Assembly (NCBI GenBank): GCA_903929795.1
Contig: CAIYWC010000039.1
Span: 9,220-73,219 of the forward strand
Direction of reading: 5' to 3'
DNA: 64,000 bases
From: an uncultured Myxococcales bacterium
GTDB lineage: Bacteria; Myxococcota_A; UBA9042
Shown here: positions 47,291 through 55,999 of the stretch, piece after piece
Layout of the letters: each line of letters begins with the position of its first letter
Position numbering within the stretch: position 1 is the stretch's first letter
Notes under the pieces: generated by a model
What the model saw: the letters and a program-made list of their open reading frames with translations, nothing else
What the model was told of the DNA's origin: nothing
Databases searched by the model: none
Made by a program: the position numbers and the translations under genes

Positions 47291-49921
47291 TCACGGAGTC
47301 TGCGCAGCGGCGGGCTTCTTGGCAACTGCCGGGGCCGTTTTCGCTGCAGCCACAGCAGGTTTGGCAGTCACGGTCGGCTTGGCGGCTGCCTTGACCGGCG
47401 CCTTGACGACGGGCTTGGCCGCAGCGGCGGGTGCCTTCGCGGGCCCTGCGACGGCCTTGGCCGCGGGCTTCGGCGCCGCGGCGGCCTTGGCACCGGCCAC
47501 CGCTGGTTTCGCCGGGGCGGGCTTGGCCAGCGCCGGCTTGACCGGGACGGCCGCCTTGGGCGCAGCGACAGCACCCGTGGAAGCCGGGACTTTGGGCGCG
47601 GCGACCTTGGCACTCGGCGCGACGGGCTTGGCGATCGGAGCCGCAAGCTTGGCCGCAATCACTGGCGGTTTCGCTTGCAAGTTCAGGCCCTTGGCAACCG
47701 GTGCCGGCGGCTTGGCCGCAACCGCAGACTTGGCCGCAACCGCATGCTTGGCGGCGACGGGCGATTTCTCAGCCGGAGCGGCCGCTTTCACCGCCGCGAC
47801 TGACGGCTTGACGGCGACTGGCGCTGCTTTGGCAGCGACCGCGGGCTTGGCCGCCGTGGGCGCGGACTTGGCAGCTACCGGCGTCGCTGCGTCCGCGGGC
47901 ACCGCGTGCTTGGCGCGTGCCGGCACATTGGGCATCCCGGCGATCACGTAGCCCAGCTTGACGGCGGTCTCGACCGCACTGCGTGCCTCCGCCAGCGACA
48001 CCGGCTTGACCGGCTTGGCCGGCTTGTCGCCGCGCTCCGGCATGCCCGGCCGCTCCACGTGCTCCACCGGCCGACCTTCCCACGCCACACGCTCCGCGTT
48101 GTGCGCAACCGCCGACTCGGCCTGCGCCGCGTCCCGCTCCTTCTCGGCGGCGAGCACCGGCACGTTCGGCAGCGTGCCGCCCGCAACTTTGCGCGTCGGC
48201 ACAGCGGTCACGACCGGCGCGGCTACCGGCGCGGCGTGCGGCGGCGTCTCCCCCGCCGCCAGCACAGTCTTGCGCACGGTCGGCTTGGCGACGTCGATCT
48301 TGGGCGGCTGCGCGTGTGGCCCCGAGCGCGCGAGCGCGTCCGTGCGCGTCGGCGCCGGCGCGTCGTCCCACAGGCTGGCGACCCGCAGATCCTGAGCTTC
48401 TGGCATCTTTAACTGCGCGCCGAGCAACTCCTGCGTCACCGCGAACAGCAGCAGCGCCGCGCAAGACCACGCCACTGCGCTCGCCAGCGCCAGGCCCGGC
48501 TGCTCCTGCACCGGCTGCGCCACGCGCTTGGCTTTGGGCTTGGGCGGCGCCGCGTCCGCGTACGCCGGCTCGTCGTCGATCGGTCGCGGCGAAGCCAGAC
48601 TGCCCGGCGTCAGCGCCTCGACGTATGCGGCTTTTTGCAGCTTGGCCGGCGCGTTATCCGGCGCATACGACTTGCCCATCGCCGCTTCCGCTGGCACCAG
48701 ATCGCGGCGCACGTTGACGCGCTCCAGCTTGGGCGCCAGATCCCGCACCGCAGTCACGGGACGTAAACTCACGTTTTTGTTGGAATTCCAATCGATCTTG
48801 CTGTCGCCGCGCTCATGCCCCAGCCGCGACACGCGCTGGTTTGCGTCCAGCTCCACCCGCGCGCCGGTCGGCACGATCTTGGGCGGCAGCGCGTTCGCCT
48901 GCATCACGGCGCCGGGCTGGATCCGCCCCGACGCCGCCGCGTCCTCGAGGATCAGCCGCTGGTTTTTCTCCTTGCCCTTGGACCGCCGCGCGTCCTCCAT
49001 GTCCAGCAGCTTGACCAGCACGTCGGGCTTGTAGTGCGCCCGCGACGCCTTCGCCAGCTGCTCCATCGCCGCCAACATCGCGTCAGCACTCTGGAATCGC
49101 ATGTCCGGGGACGTCGCGAGGCAGCGCTTGAGCCACGTCTTCACGTCTTCGGGCAGCCGCTCAAATTTCGGCCCGTACTCAAAATCGCCGCGGACGGCGC
49201 GGGCGTGGAGCACTTCCGTCGTGCCCGGGCCGAAAAGCGGTTGACCCGTCAGCATTTCGTACGCCACGGCGCCCATCGCGTAGAGGTCCGCGCGCGCGTC
49301 CACCCGCTCGCCGGAAGCCTGTTCCGGCGCCATGTAGTGCATTTTGCCCTTGATCGTGCCGGTCCGCGTGCGATCGCTGCGGTGGTCGCCGCGCGCGATG
49401 CCAAAATCGGTCAGCTTGATCAGCGGTTCGCGCGAAATCAGCAGGTTCTGCGGCGACACGTCACGGTGCACGATCCCCTGCGATCGGCTCTTGTTGCCTT
49501 TGTAATCATGGACATAGCGCAGCGCGACAAGCGATTGCCGCAAGATCTCAAACGCAACCGGCGACGGCACCTGCACGTGGTTCAAGCGATGTGCCAGCAG
49601 GACCTGCGCCAGATCGCGGCCGTCGATGAACTCCATCGCCAGGTAGTGCATGCCTTCGCATTCGCCGACCTCGTAGACGTGCACGACGTTGGCGTGGTCC
49701 AAATCGCGGACGATGCGCCCTTCATCCTTGAACATCCGCACGAATTCCGGATTTTCCGCCAGGTGGTCGTGCAAAATTTTGATGGCGACCGGCCGGCCTT
49801 CGAGCTCATCGCCCGCCTTGGGATCCGCACGGAACACCGTCGCCATGCCGCCCGACGCGATCTTGGCGATCAAGGTGTAGCGGCCGAAATCACGCGGACT
49901 GTCGAGCTTGCCGGAAATCAT
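47291..49921 (-). CDS. Ser/Thr protein kinase with a long C-terminal Ala/Lys/Pro-rich (histone-H1-like) low-complexity tail
   Basis: Kinase core FGRYTLIAKIASGGMATVF...VAIKIL...HRDVSPQNLLI...DFGIA...YMAPEQ. One TM-like segment LALASAVAWSCAALLLFAV. About 350 residues of AAKPAVAAK/PKAAVPVKPALAKPAPAKPAV repeats follow. ATG at 49921. Confidence 0.85.
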   Translation of the reverse strand: MISGKLDSPRDFGRYTLIAKIASGGMATVFRADPKAGDELEGRPVAIKILHDHLAENPEFVRMFKDEGRIVRDLDHANVVHVYEVGECEGMHYLAMEFIDGRDLAQVLLAHRLNHVQVPSPVAFEILRQSLVALRYVHDYKGNKSRSQGIVHRDVSPQNLLISREPLIKLTDFGIARGDHRSDRTRTGTIKGKMHYMAPEQASGERVDARADLYAMGAVAYEMLTGQPLFGPGTTEVLHARAVRGDFEYGPKFERLPEDVKTWLKRCLATSPDMRFQSADAMLAAMEQLAKASRAHYKPDVLVKLLDMEDARRSKGKEKNQRLILEDAAASGRIQPGAVMQANALPPKIVPTGARVELDANQRVSRLGHERGDSKIDWNSNKNVSLRPVTAVRDLAPKLERVNVRRDLVPAEAAMGKSYAPDNAPAKLQKAAYVEALTPGSLASPRPIDDEPAYADAAPPKPKAKRVAQPVQEQPGLALASAVAWSCAALLLFAVTQELLGAQLKMPEAQDLRVASLWDDAPAPTRTDALARSGPHAQPPKIDVAKPTVRKTVLAAGETPPHAAPVAAPVVTAVPTRKVAGGTLPNVPVLAAEKERDAAQAESAVAHNAERVAWEGRPVEHVERPGMPERGDKPAKPVKPVSLAEARSAVETAVKLGYVIAGMPNVPARAKHAVPADAATPVAAKSAPTAAKPAVAAKAAPVAVKPSVAAVKAAAPAEKSPVAAKHAVAAKSAVAAKPPAPVAKGLNLQAKPPVIAAKLAAPIAKPVAPSAKVAAPKVPASTGAVAAPKAAVPVKPALAKPAPAKPAVAGAKAAAAPKPAAKAVAGPAKAPAAAAKPVVKAPVKAAAKPTVTAKPAVAAAKTAPAVAKKPAAAQTP

Positions 49922-50032
49922 GCGCTCCCCCCGAACGCTGTTCGTCAGGCGCACGCCGGCCGACGACAACAGCTGGTGGGAACGGTAACTTGAGCCACAA
50001 TGGCGTCCAGTTTTTGACCGATAATCCCGAAG

Positions 50033-51385
50033 CTACAGCACCACGGGTTTCACCCACCGCGGCGGATTTCCGACCATCGCCTCAATCGCGTCCGGCAGCT
50101 TCACGCAGGCGCGCGTCAGCACGTCCGGGCCGTCATCGGTGATGAGCACGTCGTCCTCGATGCGCACGCCGATGCCACGCAGCGTTTCGGGCGCGTCCAA
50201 GTCATCGATCGCAATGTACAATCCCGGCTCCACCGTCAGCACCATGCCCGGCATCAGCGGTTTGCTGGCCTTTTGCGCCTCGGTGCTCGTCAGATCGTGC
50301 ACGCCGCCGACGTCGTGGACGTCCAGCCCCAGCCAGTGGCTTGTGCCGTGCATGTAGTATTTCTTGAAGGCATTTTCCTTGATCAGCGCATCGATCTCGC
50401 CGTGCAACAAGCCCAGCTGGACCATGCTCTGGGTCAAGGAATGGACCGCGACGTCGTGCACGTCGTGAAACGTTCGGCCCACGCGACAGGCGTCGATCGC
50501 TGCAAGCTGCGCGGCCAGCACGGCGTCGTAAACCGCGCGCTGCGGCTCAGAAAACCTGCCATTCGCCGGAAATGTCCGCGTCACGTCCGCCGTGTGCAGA
50601 TCGACCTCGCAGCCGCCGTCCACCAGCACCAGCGCGCCGTCGGGGACGAGCATCCGGTTTTCGGTGTAGTGCAGAATCGTCGCGTTGTCGGCGGACGCCA
50701 CGATTGAGCCATAGCCGACGCGCTCGCCACCGCCGGCCAAGAACACGTATTCCAGCGCAGCCTGAAGCTGCGATTCGTTGCGGCCAGGCTGACACAGTCG
50801 CATGACTTCATGATGAGCTTCCGCCGTGATTTCAGCCGCTTGTCGCAGCGCAGCGATCTCCTCAGGCTGCTTGAACAGCCGCAGCGGCCACAGCGCCAGC
50901 GACAGATCCGTCAGCCGGTCCGGGCCGTTGATGCGCAGCTTGGGCTGGGTCCGGTGCCGCCGGACGGCGCGCAGCACCAGGCTGTCAAACGCGGCGTCGC
51001 GGCCAAAAACCCAGGCGACCTCTTGCGCGTCCTCGCACAGTCGGGCTAGCTCCTTTTCGAAGTCCTGAATCAGAAACGCCTTTTCTGCGCCGTGAGCGAC
51101 CACCGCGCCTTCCAGACCCGCGCGTCGGCCGGTCCAGGTCTCCGCTTCGCGGTCGCGCGGCCGCACAAAAAGGATGAACTCTTCGCCACCGCGGCCCGGA
51201 CACAGCACCAGGATGCTGTCGGGTTCGTCAAAGCCAGTCAGAAACCAAAAATCGCTGTCTTGCCGCCACGGGTGGTCGACGTCGCCGTTGCGCAGCGCGT
51301 GATGCGCGGCCGGCACGATCACGATGGAGCCCGGCGAAAAGAAGTGCATCAGCCGCTGGCGGCGTTCCACGAGCACGGTGTTCAT
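50033..51385 (-). CDS. pepP: Xaa-Pro aminopeptidase
   Basis: ...HYTENRMLVPDGALVLVDGGCEVDLHTADVTRTFPANGRFSEPQRAVYDAV...YYMHGTSHWLGLDVHDVG...VLTVEPGLY...GVRIEDDVLIT shows the M24B motifs. ATG at 51385. Confidence 0.85.
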   Translation of the reverse strand: MNTVLVERRQRLMHFFSPGSIVIVPAAHHALRNGDVDHPWRQDSDFWFLTGFDEPDSILVLCPGRGGEEFILFVRPRDREAETWTGRRAGLEGAVVAHGAEKAFLIQDFEKELARLCEDAQEVAWVFGRDAAFDSLVLRAVRRHRTQPKLRINGPDRLTDLSLALWPLRLFKQPEEIAALRQAAEITAEAHHEVMRLCQPGRNESQLQAALEYVFLAGGGERVGYGSIVASADNATILHYTENRMLVPDGALVLVDGGCEVDLHTADVTRTFPANGRFSEPQRAVYDAVLAAQLAAIDACRVGRTFHDVHDVAVHSLTQSMVQLGLLHGEIDALIKENAFKKYYMHGTSHWLGLDVHDVGGVHDLTSTEAQKASKPLMPGMVLTVEPGLYIAIDDLDAPETLRGIGVRIEDDVLITDDGPDVLTRACVKLPDAIEAMVGNPPRWVKPVVL

Positions 51386-51534
51386 GAGCAAATCCAAGCG
51401 CCGACGGGCGCGCGCGGGCGCCACCGTACCCGGGTCCAACGATGACGGCAACTGCGGTTGACTTGAGCACGCATGGCTTCCATCATTTCAGGTCCGTCGC
51501 AGCTGCCCGACTCGCTCGGACGGCGGAGGTTTGG

Positions 51535-52863
51535 ATGACTCGAGGCCCGATCGCAAACAACTCCCCTGCCCGCCTCGCGGGTGCCCAGGCACGCCTTGCC
51601 GCGCGTGTTCTCGCCGGCGCGCTGGTTGGCCTGCTGGCTGCGTGCGGGGCGACGGGCTTTCAGCGCGCCGCGAATGCGCCGAAGTACGGGCCGCTGCCCG
51701 TCGGTGCCAAAGTGCGCATCGCCTCGAGCGTCGATGATCTGCCGAGCGATTCCCAAGTGATCGGCACCCTGCGCACGGTCACGCGCGGCGATCCGGCCAA
51801 CCGCATGGAGGCCGAGAAGGAATTCCGCCAGGCCGCGGCCCGCTATGGCTGCGATGCCGCCGCCGGGCTGGAGTCCAAGCGCCACGAGATCCGCACGACC
51901 AAGAAAGTGCGCACGATCGGCGCCAATGGCGCGACGGTGTGGGTCGATGAAGCCGTTGTCACGGCCGAGCACGACTGGACGGCGCAATGCGTGCACACGC
52001 CGGACGCTCCAGCGCAACTGATCGCCGCCGCGACCGTGCCCAAGGAAGAGCCGGAGGCCAAGCCGGAGCCGGTCCGGCCGAAAAAGCGCAAGCCGGAGCC
52101 CAAGGTTGAGGCCAAGCCGGAGCCGAAGCCCGAGCCCAAGCCGGAGCCGCGCGTGGAGCCCAAGCCGCGGGTGGAGCCCAAGCCCGAGCCGAAGCCCGAG
52201 CCCAAGCCCGAGCCCAAGCCCGAGCCGCGCGTGGAGCCCAAGCCGCGGGTCGAGCCGAAGGCCGAGCCCAAGCCGGTCGTCGTGGAGCGCCCTGCGCCGC
52301 CGCCGCCGGAGAAGCCAGCGCCCGCGCCGGTTGCCGCAACGAGCGCGGCAGATGCCAAGACGGGCAGTGAAATCGCCAAGATGTTCATGCAGTGGAGCGC
52401 GGCCTGGGCGCGCGGCGATGCCGACAAGCTCTGTGCGAGCTTTGAAGAATCGGTGGTGTTCAACCTGTCGGCCAACCAGTCAAAACTCAAGCTGAAACAG
52501 GAGATGACGGCCGCCGATGCGTGCGTGTCGCTCAAAGACGGCGAGCTGAGCAACTACATCCGCGAGCTGGGCCCGGCGGAAGTGCACGCGGAGGTCGCGA
52601 CGCTGGTGCCGACGCTGTTTGGCATCCACGGCGGCGCGTTCCTGGCCCTGGAGCCGGACGTGCAAAAGCGCTACACGGAGGCGCTGATTGCGTCCCGCGC
52701 TGGCAAAAAGCCGCTGGCGTGCACGATGTACACCGTCACGCCGCGCGATGAAGGCAACTACCAGATTTCACTGGGCTGCGACGGCGTGACGTCGTTCAAA
52801 GTGTTCGTCGCCAAGGGCGCGGATGGTGCGTGGAAAGTCAAAGCATTCTCGCACGTTCGGTGA
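51535..52863 (+). CDS. Lipoprotein with a central (EPKP)n / PRVEPK repeat linker and a C-terminal globular domain
   Basis: RBS ggcggagg before the ATG at 51535. Lipobox LLAACG. PEPKVEAKPEPKPEPKPEPRVEPKPRVEPKPEPKPEPKPEPKPEPRVEPKPRVEPKAEPKP. Confidence 0.6.
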   Translation: MTRGPIANNSPARLAGAQARLAARVLAGALVGLLAACGATGFQRAANAPKYGPLPVGAKVRIASSVDDLPSDSQVIGTLRTVTRGDPANRMEAEKEFRQAAARYGCDAAAGLESKRHEIRTTKKVRTIGANGATVWVDEAVVTAEHDWTAQCVHTPDAPAQLIAAATVPKEEPEAKPEPVRPKKRKPEPKVEAKPEPKPEPKPEPRVEPKPRVEPKPEPKPEPKPEPKPEPRVEPKPRVEPKAEPKPVVVERPAPPPPEKPAPAPVAATSAADAKTGSEIAKMFMQWSAAWARGDADKLCASFEESVVFNLSANQSKLKLKQEMTAADACVSLKDGELSNYIRELGPAEVHAEVATLVPTLFGIHGGAFLALEPDVQKRYTEALIASRAGKKPLACTMYTVTPRDEGNYQISLGCDGVTSFKVFVAKGADGAWKVKAFSHVR

Positions 52864-52872
52864 TACAAAGTC

Positions 52873-53337
52873 ATGGCCATTCTTGATATTGTCCACGGAA
52901 GATCCTGTTATATTTGCGGAACCGGTCAATCGCACAACCCGGCGATCACCGTCCGGTTCGCGTGGCATGACGATGTGCAAAAAGTCCTGTGCGCGGCGAC
53001 CTTTGGCCCGGACTGCCAGGGCGCGCCCGGACATGCCCACGGCGGCGCGCTTTTTGGCCTGCTGGACGAGGCGATGGGTGCGGCCTGCTGGATGTCGGGC
53101 CATCCCGTGATGTCGGCGCATATCGGCATCGACTACCGCAAGCCGGTGAAGCTCGGAGAGACGGTGCAAATCGCCGCGTGGATCACCGGTATCGATCGTA
53201 GAAAAGTTCATACCTACGGCGAGTTGCGTATCGGCGGCGCAATTGTCACGGAGGCCAAAGGGCTGTTCGTCAGCTCCGATCGCCACGCCTGGGACCTGAT
53301 TCCCCCGGAGATCTCCAAGATTTCCAAGTCCTTATGA
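52873..53337 (+). CDS. PaaI/YbgC-type hotdog-fold thioesterase
   Basis: ...CQGAPGHAHGGALFGLLDEAMGAACW...HIGIDYRKPVKLGETVQIAAWI... is the PaaI-family active-site region. Confidence 0.75.
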   Translation: MAILDIVHGRSCYICGTGQSHNPAITVRFAWHDDVQKVLCAATFGPDCQGAPGHAHGGALFGLLDEAMGAACWMSGHPVMSAHIGIDYRKPVKLGETVQIAAWITGIDRRKVHTYGELRIGGAIVTEAKGLFVSSDRHAWDLIPPEISKISKSL

Positions 53338-55868
53338 GGCCAATCATGCTGTCCATTCTTGCTCATCGGCGTTCGGTTTGTGCCGCGCTGCTGTGCCTCG
53401 CTGCGTGCGCGAGCGCGTCGGCGTGGGCGCGGGATCGCGCGCTGTACGTGCCCGGCCAGACGCAGGCGACACCGGACGGCGCGCTAGCAATGTCCAGTAA
53501 TCCCGCAGGCTTGGCAACGACGAACGGCTGGGATATGCGCCTGCAGTTCTCCGCCGGTGGCCCGGAACTGCAGCCGCGCGGCGCCGGTTGGGGCGCGTTC
53601 CTCGGCACGGCGCCGCTCGGTCCGCTGGCGTTTGGCCTGTCGCTGGAGCACGACGCTGACCCGGTCACGGGCTTGGGCTACGTCAGCGCCGCCAAGCCCG
53701 CATGGTACGCGACTCAGCGCGTCGGGGCCGCAGTCGCTCTCAAATTGGGTGAGCATTTTTCCATTGCTGGATTAGGCCGTTGGACATCCAATGATGGTGT
53801 GACGCTTGACACTTCGTGGCAGGTCAGCGCGCTCTATCGGCCCTGGAACTGGCTGTCGTTGGCGGCCCGCGCAAGCGACCTCGGCGCCGACACGTTCAGC
53901 GCCACACAGAGCCACTTCGGCTTGGGCATCGGCTTGCGTCCGTGGTTCGGCAGCGACCGCATCACGCTCGCGGCAGACGCCGACTGGCGCCCCGGCGGGC
54001 CGCTCGAGCAGGCCGCGCTCGCCGCGTGGGTCCGCATTACCGACGGCTGGTCGATGGCGCTCGACACGCGCAACATCCTGAGCACAGACGACTTTTCCAG
54101 CCGCGACCAGCGCACGTCGCTGATCCTGCGCTTTTCGCTGGGCCACCTCGGCATGGACGTCGGCGTGAACGGCGGCCAGACGGCGAATTCCGGCGGCGCG
54201 ACGGTCGGACTGCGCCTGTCGACCGACCACCAGTTGAGCCTGCGCGAGGACGCGGCGGAAGTTGCGTGGGTCCGCCTGCGCGGTCGCCTGACCGAACGCC
54301 AGGACGACAAAGGCACGCACATGGGCCGTCTGTTGCTGGAACTCGACTGGCTGGCGGAGCAAAAAGCCAACAAAATCGTGGTGCTGGAGGCGACGGATCT
54401 GGAGGCAAACTGGGCGCAGATCGAGGAATTGCGCGCGTCGGTCGCCAAGCTGCGCCACGCCGGCAAAAAGGTTGTGTTCTTTAGCGACAATCTGGGCACG
54501 CGCGGCCTGGCGCTGGCGGCGGCGTGCGATCGCATCGCGGTGCCGCCGGCGGGGATGGTGTCGGCGCGCGGCGTCGCGACGGACTTCATCGGCCTGCACG
54601 AGTCGCTGGAGCGCATCGGCGTGGTCGTGGAGACCGTGCGCTTCGCCGATCACAAGACGGCGCCCGAGGCGCTGATTCAGGACGAGCCGTCAGCGGCGCT
54701 CAGGGAACAGCTGGAGCGCGCGGTGACCCGCAGCTGGCAGAATTTCACCGAGGCGGTGGCGCTCGGCCGTGACCTGACGCCGAGCGGTGTCGAGGAAATC
54801 CTCAAGCGCGGGGCGACGTTCCCGGAGGATGCGCTGGCGGCGCACCTGGTTGACGCCGTGGTGCAGGAGGCGGATCTGCCCAAGCTGCTGAAATCGTGGG
54901 GCTGGCAAGAGGGAACGGCGGCGCTGAGCGATTTCCACCGGCCCGTCGAGCGTCAGCGGCGCTGGGGCGCGGTGCCAAAAATTGCGGTCGTGGAAGTCGA
55001 CGGGAGCATCGCCGATCACAGCGGCGGCCCGGGCCTGATGGGCCACGCGGTCGGCGGAACGGAGATGGCCGAGGCGATCGGACAGGCGGCAAAAGCCTCA
55101 GGAGTTCGGGCACTTGTCGCACGCATCGACTCGCCAGGCGGCGGCCTCATCGGCAGCGAAGCGATGCGCGACGCGCTGGAGCGCGCGGCCGAGCGCGTGC
55201 CCGTACTCGCGTCGATGGGCGGCGTCGCGGCGAGCGGCGGCTATTGGACCTCGCTGGGCGCCGGCACGGTCTTCGCGGACCGCAGCACCGTCACCGGCAG
55301 CATCGGCGCTTTCGTGCTCAAGCCGAGCTTGGGCGGGCTCTGGCAAAAAATCGGTTTGCATATCACGAACTTGAACGCCGGTCCCTGGTCGGGTGTGACG
55401 ACGATGAACCGGCCGTGGACGCCCGACGAGCGCGCGACGGTCACGGCGCAACTGGGCCGGTTTTACGGCCTGTTCCTCGACCGCGTGGCGAAGCGCCGCA
55501 GCCTGCCCCGCGACGTCGTCGAGCCGCTGGCGGGCGGGCGGATTTGGTACGGCAATGAGGCGCTCGATCGCCACCTCGTGGATCGCCAGGGCGGCTTGCT
55601 CGACGCGATCGCGCTGGCCAAGCAGGTGGCGGGCATCGAAGCGCAGGACGAAGCGCAGGTTGTCTTCGTGCCCCGGCTGTCGCTGGCCCAGAAGCTGCGC
55701 CGCCAAGTGCTCGGCGTGCTGGGCGAGGCGGAGTCTCCGTCGGCGCAGGTCGTGCTGCAGTCGCTGCGCTTGGCCGTCGGGCCGTGGCTCGATGCGGCGG
55801 CACTGGCGGAGCTGACCGACGGGCCGCTGGCGCTGCTGCCATCGCCGCCCGACGCGGTTGGGCCGTGA
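53334..55868 (+). CDS. sppA: Signal peptide peptidase SppA (67K type, two S49 domains) with an about 300-aa N-terminal extension
   Basis: Signal peptide LLCLAACASASAWA, then a beta-strand-rich region. Two ClpP/S49 domains follow: NKIVVLEATDLEANWAQIEELRASVAKLRHAGKKVVFF... and KIAVVEVDGSIAD...ARIDSPGGGLIGSEAMRDALERAAERVPVLASMGGVAASGGYW. ATGA overlap with the thioesterase gene. Confidence 0.8.
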   Translation: MRPIMLSILAHRRSVCAALLCLAACASASAWARDRALYVPGQTQATPDGALAMSSNPAGLATTNGWDMRLQFSAGGPELQPRGAGWGAFLGTAPLGPLAFGLSLEHDADPVTGLGYVSAAKPAWYATQRVGAAVALKLGEHFSIAGLGRWTSNDGVTLDTSWQVSALYRPWNWLSLAARASDLGADTFSATQSHFGLGIGLRPWFGSDRITLAADADWRPGGPLEQAALAAWVRITDGWSMALDTRNILSTDDFSSRDQRTSLILRFSLGHLGMDVGVNGGQTANSGGATVGLRLSTDHQLSLREDAAEVAWVRLRGRLTERQDDKGTHMGRLLLELDWLAEQKANKIVVLEATDLEANWAQIEELRASVAKLRHAGKKVVFFSDNLGTRGLALAAACDRIAVPPAGMVSARGVATDFIGLHESLERIGVVVETVRFADHKTAPEALIQDEPSAALREQLERAVTRSWQNFTEAVALGRDLTPSGVEEILKRGATFPEDALAAHLVDAVVQEADLPKLLKSWGWQEGTAALSDFHRPVERQRRWGAVPKIAVVEVDGSIADHSGGPGLMGHAVGGTEMAEAIGQAAKASGVRALVARIDSPGGGLIGSEAMRDALERAAERVPVLASMGGVAASGGYWTSLGAGTVFADRSTVTGSIGAFVLKPSLGGLWQKIGLHITNLNAGPWSGVTTMNRPWTPDERATVTAQLGRFYGLFLDRVAKRRSLPRDVVEPLAGGRIWYGNEALDRHLVDRQGGLLDAIALAKQVAGIEAQDEAQVVFVPRLSLAQKLRRQVLGVLGEAESPSAQVVLQSLRLAVGPWLDAAALAELTDGPLALLPSPPDAVGP

Positions 55869-55999
55869 CCGCCGGTGCGCCCGGTGCAGGCCGGACGGGC
55901 GTGTGAAATCGCGCTGCGTCCGCGATTCCCGTAGTTTCGGCGGGAGCAGATGTGTATGCTGTCCCCATCGGTCCGCAAGGACCTGCCAGAGCGGAGCCG

